The position numbers and the translations under genes were made by a program. Positions 18,782 through 28,315 of a DNA stretch of 64,000 nucleotides are shown in pieces; the stretch's first letter is position 1, and every line of letters begins with the position of its first letter. The stretch covers positions 9,101 through 73,100 of the forward strand of contig CAYLKL010000003.1 of the NCBI GenBank assembly GCA_964384645.1, read 5' to 3'. The notes below the pieces were generated by a model that was not told the DNA's origin, made no database searches, and was given only the letters and a program-made list of their open reading frames with translations. This stretch comes from an uncultured Candidatus Saccharibacteria bacterium. GTDB taxonomy: Bacteria > Patescibacteriota > Minisyncoccia > Phycocordibacterales > UBA9973.

Positions 18782-19660
18782 TTAGTGAATAGATTGAGCG
18801 CGTAGTTCCATAACTTCTTTACGATATTCTGTTATGAGATCATGGGTCTCTTGAGCTGCTTCTCTGATGTTGCCTTTTGTGAAAATTATTCCACTCGAGG
18901 AATTAATAATGACTCCTGTTCCAAAACGATCTAGTCCATTTTCCACCACCTGCTTAAGGCTTCCTCCTTGTGTGCCTACACCAGGAATAAGAATTGGAAT
19001 ATCCCCTATAATCTCCCGAATTATTTGTAATTCTTCAGGATATGTTGCGCCGGCCACCAACAAACAATTACCATTTATGTTCCACTTATCACGCACGGTT
19101 TCTGCCACAACTTCAAAAAGTTTTTTGAATTGGGAATTACCAACCCTTACTTCTAAATCCTGAAATTCACCTGCTCCAGAATTAGAAGTCCGACAAAGCA
19201 CAATTACGCCCTTATCTTTTTGGTCAAGAAATGGCTTCATGGCTTCGCTTCCAAGATACGGATGTACCGTAATAGCATCGGCTTCGAGTTCATCAAAAAT
19301 TCCAGCAATATAGCCCATATTGGTATTCCCAATATCAGCTCTCTTTCCGTCCAGAATAATTGGAACATCTGGTGCAACATCATCCAGATATGCTTTTGTT
19401 CCAAACAATGCGGCAATTCCAATTTCTCCGTGAGCTTCGTAAAAAGCAATATTCGGCTTATAGGCACAAACAAGATCTTTTGTTTGATCGATCACCATTT
19501 TATTGAATTCGATAATAGTATCGAGTATTCGATGTCGGCTGTCTATAAATTTGTCGTGGATGAATTGGGGGATTTTTTTGTATTCAGAATCAAGCCCAAC
19601 ACATAAAAATTTATCTTCTGCCCATTTGGCGCGAAGCATTTCCATAAAGTTTCTTTCCAT
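18782..19660 (-). CDS. pyrF: orotidine-5'-phosphate decarboxylase (subfamily 2)
   Basis: LCVGLDS, YKPNIAFYE, DGKRADIGNT, TVHPYLG, RTSN, GATYP, PGVGTQGG. Confidence 0.95.
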   Translation of the reverse strand: MERNFMEMLRAKWAEDKFLCVGLDSEYKKIPQFIHDKFIDSRHRILDTIIEFNKMVIDQTKDLVCAYKPNIAFYEAHGEIGIAALFGTKAYLDDVAPDVPIILDGKRADIGNTNMGYIAGIFDELEADAITVHPYLGSEAMKPFLDQKDKGVIVLCRTSNSGAGEFQDLEVRVGNSQFKKLFEVVAETVRDKWNINGNCLLVAGATYPEELQIIREIIGDIPILIPGVGTQGGSLKQVVENGLDRFGTGVIINSSSGIIFTKGNIREAAQETHDLITEYRKEVMELRAQSIH

Positions 19661-19690
19661 AATTTTTGTTTTTAAATGTGAATTTTCTTC

Positions 19691-19719
19691 AGATTAACCT
19701 TCTAGTTCAAGAATGTCAA
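19691..19719 (-). promoter_or_regulatory. sigma70-type promoter of pyrF
   Basis: TTGACA-17-TAATCT. Confidence 0.65.
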
Positions 19720-19721
19720 TC

Positions 19722-19749
19722 AAAAAAACCGCCCAATGGGCGGTTTTTT
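19722..19749 (-). terminator. intrinsic terminator after rplB
   Basis: CCGCCC/GGGCGG stem with A and T runs. Confidence 0.8.
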
Positions 19750-19753
19750 GTTC

Positions 19754-20596
19754 TTATTTCTTTCGTCGAGATTTTACTCTTCGTGTAACAATAAGCTTGT
19801 TTGAGTACTTCTTTGGAGTTCGTGTCTTTCTTCCTCCTGTAACCTTACCATGACGTGTTTTAGGGCGTCTTAGACCTCGTCCTTGTCGTCCTTCTCCTCC
19901 ACCGTATGGGTGGTCAACAGGGTTCATGGCAGTACCTCGAACAGTTGGTCTAATACCAAGCCATCGTGAGCGTCCAGCCTTACCAAAATTCTTCAACTTG
20001 TGTTCTTCGTTTGAAACTGAACCAATAGTAGCCCAGCATTCTTCAGAAACTTTTCGAACTTCAGTTGATGGCATTTTGATTTGAGAATACCCAGCGTCGT
20101 TTGCAACAACTTGAGCGAAACTTCCAGCAGAACGAACAAGCTTTGCGCCTCCGTTTGCTTTTAGTTCAATGTTGTAAACAAAAGTACCAGATGGAATTTT
20201 CTTCAAAGGAAGTCTGTTTCCGATCGTTACTGGTGCATCAGCTGAAACAATAAAAGTATCACCTACTTTTACGTTCTTCGAAGCAAGAACATATCTTCTT
20301 TCGCCGTCTTTATACAAAGCTCGAGCAATAAAAGATGATCTATTTGGATCGTATTCTACGTGTTCCACTTTAGCAGGGATATTTTTCTTGTCATACATGA
20401 AATCAACATCTCTGAAAAGTCTCTTATTTCCACCACCTTTGTGTTGAGTTGTAACACGACCAAGGTTATTTCTTCCAACACTTCTCTTTCTTCCATAAGT
20501 CAAAGACTTTAGAGGATCATTCGTTGTGATTTGACCTCGATAGTTTACTGTTATCATCCCACGTCGTGATGGTGTTGTTGGTTTATACTTTTTCAT
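19754..20596 (-). CDS. rplB: 50S ribosomal protein L2
   Basis: EYDPNRS..GRSRWLGIRPTVRGTAMNPVDHPYGGGEG. Confidence 0.98.
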   Translation of the reverse strand: MKKYKPTTPSRRGMITVNYRGQITTNDPLKSLTYGRKRSVGRNNLGRVTTQHKGGGNKRLFRDVDFMYDKKNIPAKVEHVEYDPNRSSFIARALYKDGERRYVLASKNVKVGDTFIVSADAPVTIGNRLPLKKIPSGTFVYNIELKANGGAKLVRSAGSFAQVVANDAGYSQIKMPSTEVRKVSEECWATIGSVSNEEHKLKNFGKAGRSRWLGIRPTVRGTAMNPVDHPYGGGEGRQGRGLRRPKTRHGKVTGGRKTRTPKKYSNKLIVTRRVKSRRKK

Positions 20597-20598
20597 AA

Positions 20599-20877
20599 TT
20601 AATAGATATTAATAGTCTCCCCTTTTTTAAGTGTTACGACCGCTTTTTTGCCTCCCTTTTTAACCCCTTTGATTCCTTTTCTAACAATCTTTTTTGGCTT
20701 TATATAAATTATTCCAACTTTCACTGGATTAACTTTATAAATTTCCTTGATTGATTTCATTATTTCAGTTTTTGTAGCATCACGTTCTACATCAAAAGTG
20801 TAAGTCGAATTCGAAGATGCCCGAACAGCTTTTTCAGTAACTCTAGGATTTTTGATTATTCTATGAATTGATTTCAT
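20599..20877 (-). CDS. rplW: 50S ribosomal protein L23
   Basis: PRVTEKA..YTFDV..ATKTEI..KKAVVTLKKG. Confidence 0.96.
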   Translation of the reverse strand: MKSIHRIIKNPRVTEKAVRASSNSTYTFDVERDATKTEIMKSIKEIYKVNPVKVGIIYIKPKKIVRKGIKGVKKGGKKAVVTLKKGETINIY

Positions 20878-20878
20878 G

Positions 20879-21559
20879 TTATTTCTTTCTTGGCTTCTTT
20901 GTAATTCGACCTGCTAACACCTTATCAGCTTCTTCTGGATTTACCAAAACCACATTCTTGTGATCCAAGATATCCAAAATACTAGCTTGAGATACAGGCA
21001 TAACATCTATTTTTGGAAGATTTTTGAATGCACGAACCATTTCTCTGTCGATTTTTGGAGTCAAAAATAGTGTACTTGTAGGATTCTTTCGAGACAATGT
21101 TTCAAAACCTTCAACTTTTGCAAGTCCGATCATTACGTCTTTTGCAAGTTTAGTTTTTGATTCTTTCAGTGTCACAGAATCTACAAAAAGCATTCTTCCT
21201 TCCTTTAATTTTTCTGACATTACCATAGTAAATACAACCTTAAGCATGTTTGCATTTACTTTTCTGTCATAATTTTTTTCACTTGTTGGTCCATGAGTAA
21301 TACCTCCACCAACCCAAATTGGAGATCGAGACGAACCGTGTCGAGCGCGTCCAGTACCTTTTTGTTTCCAAGGTTTTTTTCCACCACCACGAACTTCACT
21401 TCGATCTTTTACGTTTGCAGTTCCCTTTCGTGCTCGAAGTCGAAGAGATGTCATTGTTTGATGAACCGCATCTTTATTGGCTTTTACACCGAAAACATTA
21501 TCTGAAATTTCGATATCTTTAACCTTCTTTCCTTCTTGATTGTATAAAGCTGTTTTCAT
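20879..21559 (-). CDS. rplD: 50S ribosomal protein L4
   Basis: RSEVRGGGKKPWKQKGTGRARHGSSRSPIWVGGG; start at 21559. Confidence 0.97.
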   Translation of the reverse strand: MKTALYNQEGKKVKDIEISDNVFGVKANKDAVHQTMTSLRLRARKGTANVKDRSEVRGGGKKPWKQKGTGRARHGSSRSPIWVGGGITHGPTSEKNYDRKVNANMLKVVFTMVMSEKLKEGRMLFVDSVTLKESKTKLAKDVMIGLAKVEGFETLSRKNPTSTLFLTPKIDREMVRAFKNLPKIDVMPVSQASILDILDHKNVVLVNPEEADKVLAGRITKKPRKK

Positions 21560-21560
21560 A

Positions 21561-22178
21561 TTATTTTGATTCAATCTTAACAAGTGTTCCTCTTCGACCT
21601 GGTACTGCACCTGAAACAAGGATTTGATTTGTATCCTTATCAACAGCAAGTACCTTTAAATTTTTTACAGTCACAGTATCTCCACCAGTTCTTCCGGCCA
21701 TTCTCATACCCTTTGGAACTCGTGTTCTAAGACCTCCTCCGATAGATCCAGCTTCACGTTCTGAGTGTTTTTGTCCGTGTGAACGTGGACCTCCTTTGAA
21801 GTTATATCTTTTTACAACACCTTGAAATCCTTTTGACTTCGAAACTGAAGTAACTGTAACTTTATCTCCTGGTGTAAAATTGTCTACAGTAACAGCCACA
21901 CCCACAGAGCTTTCCCCTAAATCTTTTTCGTCTACTCGAAATTCGCGTAGGTATCTGAAGTTTCCAAGATCTTTAAGTGCGCCTTTTCTTGGCTTACTCA
22001 TAAGAGCTTCTCTTTGAACTCCAAACCCCATTTGCACAGCAGAATAACCATCCTTGTCTTTCGACATAATCTTGGTCACAGTAGCTGGTCCTGCGACAAT
22101 AACAGTCGCTGGATACGCTCTTCCGTCTTCAGAAAAAAACTGAGTCATATTTAGTTTTGTTCCAAGAATTTTTTTCAT
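21561..22178 (-). CDS. rplC: 50S ribosomal protein L3
   Basis: ILGTKLNMTQ..DGYSAVQ..KGFQGVVKR..GMRMAGR..GAVPG; start at 22178. Confidence 0.97.
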   Translation of the reverse strand: MKKILGTKLNMTQFFSEDGRAYPATVIVAGPATVTKIMSKDKDGYSAVQMGFGVQREALMSKPRKGALKDLGNFRYLREFRVDEKDLGESSVGVAVTVDNFTPGDKVTVTSVSKSKGFQGVVKRYNFKGGPRSHGQKHSEREAGSIGGGLRTRVPKGMRMAGRTGGDTVTVKNLKVLAVDKDTNQILVSGAVPGRRGTLVKIESK

Positions 22179-22190
22179 AATTTTGTTTAT

Positions 22191-22251
22191 ACACATACAG
22201 AAATAGTGGCTGTGCAGTGTTTAACTACAACAGTCCACTTAATTTCCGTGT
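22191..22251 (-). promoter_or_regulatory. hairpin in rpsJ-rplC spacer (candidate r-protein leader)
   Basis: CGGAAAT/ATTTCTG, AGTGG/CCACT and TGTAGT/ACTGCA pairings ending 12 nt before the rplC ATG. Confidence 0.45.
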
Positions 22252-22306
22252 CCATTTCGTGGTTTATCTTTTTTCTTTGTTTAAAGTCCGAGTCTGATTA
22301 ACAGAT

Positions 22307-22687
22307 TTACATCATCTTAACATCAACATCAACACCAGATGGAAGAGATAGGTTTGTCAAAGCTTCAATAGTTTTCGGTCCTGGATTTATGATATCTATT
22401 AGTCGCTTGTGCATTCTGATCTCGAATTGCTCTCTAGTATTTTTGTAAATAAACGGCGATCGATTGACAGTGTACTTCTTTATTTCAGTCGGCAATGGAG
22501 TTGGGCCCATTATTTTTGCATCATGGCGCAAAGCAGTATCAATGATTTGCTTTACAGACGCATCAAGAATTTTATTCTCGTACGCCCTAACTCTTACCCT
22601 AAGTCTAACAACCTCCTTGTCTTCTGAAGTCTTTGTTACCTTTTTCTTAGGTGCAGTCTTTGTCTTTTTTTCTTTTGCCTCTGACAT
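22307..22687 (-). CDS. rpsJ: 30S ribosomal protein S10
   Basis: RVRAYE..GPTPLPT..REQFEIRMHKRLIDI..LPSGVDV. Confidence 0.97.
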   Translation of the reverse strand: MSEAKEKKTKTAPKKKVTKTSEDKEVVRLRVRVRAYENKILDASVKQIIDTALRHDAKIMGPTPLPTEIKKYTVNRSPFIYKNTREQFEIRMHKRLIDIINPGPKTIEALTNLSLPSGVDVDVKMM

Positions 22688-22694
22688 GAATTTT

Positions 22695-23882
22695 TTATTT
22701 AATAACTTTAGTTACAACTCCAGCTCCAACAGTTTTACCTCCTTCTCGGATAGCAAATCTTTGTTGATCTTCAAGTGCAACAGGGGTAATAAGCTTAACT
22801 TTAAAAGTAATTGTGTCTCCTGGCATAACCATTTCCTTTCCTTCTGGAAGGGTAACTTCTCCTGTTACGTCAGTTGTTCTGATGTAGAACTGAGGCTTAT
22901 AACCTTTAAAGAAAGGTGTGTGACGACCTCCTTCTTCTTTTTTCAAAATGTAAACTTCTGATTCGAATTCATCGTGTGGAGTAACTGAAGCTGGCTTTGC
23001 CAAAACTTGTCCTCGTGTGATGTCTTCTTTCTTAACTCCTCGTAGAAGAATACCGGCGTTGTCTCCGGCCATACCTACATGTAGAGACTTGTTGAACATT
23101 TCAATACCAGTAACTGTAGTTTTTACAGTGTCCTTAATACCGATAATTTCAATTTCTTCTCCAACCTTTACAACACCTCTTTCAATTTTACCTGTAACAA
23201 CAGTTCCTCTTCCTTCGATAGAGAAAATGTCTTCAACTGGCATAAGGAAAGGCTTTGTAACGTCTCTCTCTGGTACTGGGATGTAAGTATCTAGCGCTTC
23301 TGTAAGTTCTAGAACTTTCTTTGCCCATTCGTCGTCCATTGAAGATGCTTCAAGAGCTTTTAGTCCTGAACCTCTTATAACTGGACAATCCTTATCAAAA
23401 CCTTGCTTTTCAAGGATTTCTCGGATTTCTTCTTCAACTAGATCGATAAGATCTTTGTCTTCAACCATGTCGCACTTGTTTAGGAAAACGATGATCTTTG
23501 GCACTCCAACTTGTTTTGCCAAAAGAACGTGTTCTCTTGTTTGTGGCATAGCTCCATCAGTTGCTGCAACTACTAGAATTGCACCGTCCATTTGAGCTGC
23601 ACCTGTGATCATGTTCTTGATGTAGTCAGCGTGACCTGGAGCATCAATGTGAGCATAGTGACGAGCTGAAGTTTCATACTCGTTGTGCGAAATGTTAATA
23701 GTAATACCTCGCTCCTTTTCTTCTGGAGCGTTGTCGATATCACCGATTCCCTTCATTTTAACAGTCTGTCCAGACATGTTAAGAACGTGCAGGATCGCTG
23801 CAGTTAGGGTAGTTTTTCCGTGGTCAACGTGACCAATTGTTCCCACGTTTACGTGAGGCTTGTCTCTTTTAAAATCTGCCAT
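22695..23882 (-). CDS. tuf: elongation factor Tu
   Basis: [40 protein letters not shown]. Confidence 0.99.
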   Translation of the reverse strand: MADFKRDKPHVNVGTIGHVDHGKTTLTAAILHVLNMSGQTVKMKGIGDIDNAPEEKERGITINISHNEYETSARHYAHIDAPGHADYIKNMITGAAQMDGAILVVAATDGAMPQTREHVLLAKQVGVPKIIVFLNKCDMVEDKDLIDLVEEEIREILEKQGFDKDCPVIRGSGLKALEASSMDDEWAKKVLELTEALDTYIPVPERDVTKPFLMPVEDIFSIEGRGTVVTGKIERGVVKVGEEIEIIGIKDTVKTTVTGIEMFNKSLHVGMAGDNAGILLRGVKKEDITRGQVLAKPASVTPHDEFESEVYILKKEEGGRHTPFFKGYKPQFYIRTTDVTGEVTLPEGKEMVMPGDTITFKVKLITPVALEDQQRFAIREGGKTVGAGVVTKVIK

Positions 23883-24050
23883 AATTATTCTAAATTGGTT
23901 GCAACGCTTTTATACGTGCAACATATTAGCTGGTAATAGTAACCGCAATGATTTTTTGACCAAAAATCAAGTTTTGAGGATTTTTACAATAAAAAAAGCC
24001 CCAATGAGCGATTGGAGGTATATTAGCAGAAATGTTTATACTGTGTCAAA

Positions 24051-24234
24051 TTCCCTTTTACCCCTTTTTACCGGAAAAAGGGGTGCAAAACCTCTCGCCG
24101 CATAAAGTTTTATTATGTTCACGTAATTCGTCTTCGCAAAAACTTTAAACTCTCCTTCGGCAAGCCCAAGATCAAACAGAAAAGTTTTAGTCTTCGGACT
24201 GATTGGTTCACATATATAAAACTTTATGCGGCGA
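24051..24234. repeat. palindromic MITE/REP-like element or structured RNA
   Basis: Perfect 19-bp inverted repeat at 24095-24113/24216-24234, nested AAAACTTT/AAAGTTTT arms, adjacent hairpin ACCCCTTTTT/AAAAAGGGGT. Confidence 0.6.
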
Positions 24235-24304
24235 AGGACGACAAAACTTCTTAAGATAAAATAAAAAACTCTCCGAAGGAGAGCTTTTGTGACAATTTAG
24301 CTTT

Positions 24305-25036
24305 TTAGTCGGCTTTTAGTCCCACAGTTGTGATTACTTCATAGGCGAAATCTTCCGGGGTTTGAATTTCATCCCAAGGAGGATTTTCTCCAATGGTAAT
24401 TTCATTGAATTGTTTATGGGCCAAAGGACTGTTTATAAGTCCCGGTTCAAAAAGATAGACTTCTTCAAAAATCCCCTCTTCCTTTAAATCTTTAGCTAAT
24501 TTGGCAACTGCTTTCATAGAAGCAATATATCCCTCTTCTTTGTAGCCAGTCTTAAGATTAAGCCTTCTAGGGTCATCTTCAGCAAAATTTGCAGCATGAG
24601 AACCAATTAAAATAACTTTTGTCTTCTTATTAATGTTTTTTGGAAGCTTTTTAAGAGATTCAATTACAGCAACTTTAGTCTTAAAGTTTGCATTCATGAG
24701 ATCATTGGCTACTTGCTCTGCAGTTTTTGGATTTTCCATTCGCTTGTCGTTATCCCATTCAAAACTCCCCGCAGCCAAATCTACTGCATCAAAATAAACA
24801 TCAACGGCCGACATGTTAAAAATAAACACATTAACAGAATTTGAATCCTCCAAATCAAATCCATCATACAAATACACTCGTAAATCGCGCTTACCATCTA
24901 CCTTAAACATTTCTTCTGCCTTCTTTATATCTCTAACCATGGCGTAGACTTCATAGCCAAGTCTAAGAAATTTTTGAGCAATTTCGAAGCCGACACTACC
25001 TGTTACTCCTCCCACTAATGCTTTTTTAGTTTCCAT
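24305..25036 (-). CDS. atypical SDR-family NAD(P)-binding oxidoreductase
   Basis: ALVGGVTGSVG Rossmann motif, LAAG, IGS, YIASMK, PGLI. Confidence 0.7.
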   Translation of the reverse strand: METKKALVGGVTGSVGFEIAQKFLRLGYEVYAMVRDIKKAEEMFKVDGKRDLRVYLYDGFDLEDSNSVNVFIFNMSAVDVYFDAVDLAAGSFEWDNDKRMENPKTAEQVANDLMNANFKTKVAVIESLKKLPKNINKKTKVILIGSHAANFAEDDPRRLNLKTGYKEEGYIASMKAVAKLAKDLKEEGIFEEVYLFEPGLINSPLAHKQFNEITIGENPPWDEIQTPEDFAYEVITTVGLKAD

Positions 25037-25153
25037 AAGTTCATATTTTATAACAGATTATCATTTTTGGCGAAAAAGACTAGGAGTTGATTTATTTTTA
25101 ATAAGGAATAAAATAAAAATCAAGAAATACTGGAACCTAAAAACTAAAAAACC

Positions 25154-25219
25154 ATGCGCACAAAATTCAAAACCATCGTTGCTGTAATAATTATCGCAGT
25201 AACACTAGCGTTAATTTAG
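25154..25219 (+). CDS. candidate 21-aa hydrophobic micropeptide MRTKFKTIVAVIIIAVTLALI
   Basis: TTGATT-16-TAAAAT upstream, TAAAAAC-9nt-ATG, terminator at 25244-25273. Confidence 0.4.
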   Translation: MRTKFKTIVAVIIIAVTLALI

Positions 25220-25243
25220 TAAAAAACAAAAACTCTGATAAAC

Positions 25244-25273
25244 AAAAAACCGCTCATATAGAGCGGTTTTTTT
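25244..25273. terminator. bidirectional terminator after fusA
   Basis: CCGCTC/GAGCGG stem with A6 and T7. Confidence 0.8.
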
Positions 25274-25283
25274 ATTTAGAAAA

Positions 25284-27425
25284 TTATTTTCTGTTCTTTA
25301 TGATTTCATCAGCGACGTTATTTGGAACAATGTCGTATCTCAAGAATTCCATTGTAAATCCCGCTCGTCCTTCTGTCATCGAACGAAGGTTTGTCATGTA
25401 TCCGAACATTTCAGAAAGTGGTACCACAGCTTTGATTGCTTGGTTTAGACCTCTTTCTTCTACGCCATCAATAAGACCTCGCTTTGCAGAAAGTGAACCT
25501 GTTACGTCTCCTAGGAATTTATCTGGTGTAACAACCTCAACTTTCATCATAGGCTCCAATATAACTGGTTTTGCTCGATTACAAGCCTCTTGTACTGCCA
25601 TTGAAGAAGCGATTTTGAAAGCCATTTCGTTTGAGTCAACTTCATGGTAACTTCCGTCCCAAAGTTCAACAGAAATATTAACCATTTTGTAACCTGCTAA
25701 AATTCCACGATCAAGACCCTCCTTAAATCCTTTTTCACAAGCAGGTATATATTCTTGTGGAATAACACCTCCTTTGATTGTATTTATGAATTCAAATCCT
25801 TCACTTCTCTTTGTGTTCTTTGGAAGATCGTCTTTGTCTACTGTCATATCCATTGGTTTAACCTTAATTCGAACGTGTCCGTAGTTTCCTCGTCCTCCTG
25901 ATTGCTTGATATATTTTCCTTCAGCTTCAGAATTTGCTGTAATTGTTTCTCGGTAAGCAACTTGAGGTCGCCCAACATTTGCTTCAACAGAAAATTCTCT
26001 CTTCATACGATCCACAATAATTTCAAGGTGAAGTTCTCCCATACCAGCAATAATTGTTTCCATAGTTTCAGGATCACTCATTACTTTAAATGTTGGATCT
26101 TCATCAGAAAGTCGTGAAAGCGCAAGACCCATTTTTTCTTGGTCAGCTTTTGTCTTTGGTTCAATACGCATAGAGATAACTGGTTCTGGGAATTTAATCT
26201 TATCTAGTACGATTGGGTTTGTTTCATCACAAAGTGTGTCAGAAGTTTTTGTATCCTTTAGACCAACTGCTGCCGCAATTTCTCCAGCATAAACTTTCTT
26301 TACTTCTTCTCTTTCATTCGCTTGCATGATAACGATACGTCCAAGTCTTTCCTTGTTTCCAGTTCGTGGATTGTAAATATATGAACCAGCTTCAACGGTT
26401 CCAGAGTAAACTCTAAAGAATATAAGTTGACCAACGAAAGGATCTGTCGCAACCTTGAAAGCAAGTGCAGAGAAAGGTTCAGCGTCAGACGGACCTCTTT
26501 CAAGTGGCGCGTCAGTGTCAGGGTGTGTTCCATTAACAGCCTTGATATCAAGTGGACTTGGAAGATAATCAACAACGGCGTCGAGAACCAATTGCACACC
26601 TTTATTTTTTAGAGCAGAACCAGCAAAAACTGGGAAAATTTCATTTGCAATAACAGCCTTTCGAGCAATCTTTTTTAATGTTTCAATGTCAGGAGTATTG
26701 CCGTCTAGATAAGCAGTCATCATCGCCTCATCATTTTCAACGATTTTCTCAATAAGTTCAGCGTGATACTTTTCTGCATCAGCCTTAAGGTTCTCCGGAA
26801 TATCTTTTTCTATAACTTTGTTACCCATATCCCCTTCGAAATAATAGGCCTTCATTTTTAGAAGGTCTACAACACCTTCGTGCTCACCTTCAAGTCCAAT
26901 TGGAATTTGAAAACGAACTGCTTTAGGAGAAAGTCTTTCTTTGATTGTTTTGAATGAGTGCTCAAATGATGCACCTGTTCTATCAAGTTTGTTTATGAAA
27001 CAAATTCGAGGAACTTTTGCTTCGTCAGCATAACGCCAGTTTGTTTCAGATTGTGGTTCTACACCTGCAACACCGTCGAAGACCACAACCGCACCGTCGA
27101 GAACTCGAAGAGATCGCTTTACCTCAACGGTAAAGTCGATGTGTCCTGGAGTATCAATAATATTGAATCGATGTTTTTTTGCCTTATCTCCCGGAGCATA
27201 AGTTGGAGTCCAAAAACAAGAAACAGCCGCAGCGGTAATTGTAATACCTCGTTCTTTTTCTTGTTCCATCCAGTCAGTAGTAGCGCCTCCATCGTGCACT
27301 TCTCCGATTTTGTGTGATTGTCCTGTGTAGTACAAAACACGCTCAGATGTAGTAGTTTTACCCGCATCAATGTGCGCAATAATTCCAAAATTTCTTAATT
27401 TTTCGATAGGGTGTTCTCGTTGCAT
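25284..27425 (-). CDS. fusA: elongation factor G
   Basis: [52 protein letters not shown]; start at 27425. Confidence 0.99.
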   Translation of the reverse strand: MQREHPIEKLRNFGIIAHIDAGKTTTSERVLYYTGQSHKIGEVHDGGATTDWMEQEKERGITITAAAVSCFWTPTYAPGDKAKKHRFNIIDTPGHIDFTVEVKRSLRVLDGAVVVFDGVAGVEPQSETNWRYADEAKVPRICFINKLDRTGASFEHSFKTIKERLSPKAVRFQIPIGLEGEHEGVVDLLKMKAYYFEGDMGNKVIEKDIPENLKADAEKYHAELIEKIVENDEAMMTAYLDGNTPDIETLKKIARKAVIANEIFPVFAGSALKNKGVQLVLDAVVDYLPSPLDIKAVNGTHPDTDAPLERGPSDAEPFSALAFKVATDPFVGQLIFFRVYSGTVEAGSYIYNPRTGNKERLGRIVIMQANEREEVKKVYAGEIAAAVGLKDTKTSDTLCDETNPIVLDKIKFPEPVISMRIEPKTKADQEKMGLALSRLSDEDPTFKVMSDPETMETIIAGMGELHLEIIVDRMKREFSVEANVGRPQVAYRETITANSEAEGKYIKQSGGRGNYGHVRIKVKPMDMTVDKDDLPKNTKRSEGFEFINTIKGGVIPQEYIPACEKGFKEGLDRGILAGYKMVNISVELWDGSYHEVDSNEMAFKIASSMAVQEACNRAKPVILEPMMKVEVVTPDKFLGDVTGSLSAKRGLIDGVEERGLNQAIKAVVPLSEMFGYMTNLRSMTEGRAGFTMEFLRYDIVPNNVADEIIKNRK

Positions 27426-27523
27426 AAATGATTGTTTATAAAATATTTTTAATAAAAAAAGACTTCGGAAAGTCAAGGATAACTATACGGCAAGACGCTG
27501 TTTTTTGCAAATAAAAAAGGGGC

Positions 27524-27760
27524 CTATTGGCTCCTTACTTTTTTAACACTATGTGGCAACACACATACGTTTTTAATTAAATTTACAGTTTCTTTATCAT
27601 TCTTTTTAGAATTCAAAATAATGTGCTCTTTTCTTGTGTCAAGAATCAATTTACCATCAGATTTTACTTTTAAAACCTTTACATGGATTAATCCTTTAAC
27701 ACATTTATATTCCACAGTGTCTCCGGTGGAAATATTTTCTTTATTTTCAATCTTTTTCAT
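27524..27760 (-). CDS. hypothetical 78-aa basic protein (SH3/KOW-like?) inserted between rpsG and fusA
   Basis: Own promoter TTGACG-17-TAAATT, TAAAAAC-7nt-ATG; GDTVEY..VKVLKV beta pattern. Confidence 0.6.
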   Translation of the reverse strand: MKKIENKENISTGDTVEYKCVKGLIHVKVLKVKSDGKLILDTRKEHIILNSKKNDKETVNLIKNVCVLPHSVKKVRSQ

Positions 27761-27814
27761 TTAGTAAGTTTTTAATTTTTGTCAATTTACACCTCAAAAA
27801 GCAAACCGTCAAAC

Positions 27815-27841
27815 AAAAAAGCCCCTTTCGGGATTTTTTTT
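27815..27841 (-). terminator. terminator after rpsG
   Basis: TCCC-gaaa-GGGG hairpin followed by T6 on the minus strand. Confidence 0.55.
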
Positions 27842-28310
27842 ACCAAGCAAAGTGTGCGAACGCTTTGTTTGAATCTGCCATTTTATGAGTATCTTCTCTT
27901 TTCTTTACAGCGACTCCTTCGTTGTTTGCAGCAGCCATCAATTCATCTGCTAGTTTTTGCGCCATTGGTTTTCCTTTTCCAGATCTTGCTGCTCCGATGA
28001 TCCATCTGATTGAAAGAGCTAGTCTTCTTTCAGGTCTTACTTCTCGTGGAACCTGATAGTTTGCACCTCCGATTCTTCGTGAACGTACTTCCATAGTTGG
28101 TCCAGTGTTTTTCAAAGCTAGGTCAAATATTTCAAGTGGGTTTGGATTTCCAGTCTTTTCTTTGATTATATCAAAGGCATCATAAACAATACCTCTTGCA
28201 GTTTCTTTTTTTCCACTCCACATAACACAGTTAATAAACTTTCCGAGCTTTGCGGAATTATAAATTAAATCTGGTTCTGCGATATTTCTATTTTTTACTG
28301 GTCTTCTCAT
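27840..28310 (-). CDS. rpsG: 30S ribosomal protein S7
   Basis: EVRSRRIGGANYQVP..HKMADSNKAFAHF. Confidence 0.98.
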   Translation of the reverse strand: MRRPVKNRNIAEPDLIYNSAKLGKFINCVMWSGKKETARGIVYDAFDIIKEKTGNPNPLEIFDLALKNTGPTMEVRSRRIGGANYQVPREVRPERRLALSIRWIIGAARSGKGKPMAQKLADELMAAANNEGVAVKKREDTHKMADSNKAFAHFAW

Positions 28311-28315
28311 ATTGA

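Noticed and set aside
22187-22195. TTATACACA DnaA-box match before rplC; oriC
   Set aside because: Isolated, inside an RNA hairpin arm and expected by chance; no box cluster or dnaA/dnaN nearby
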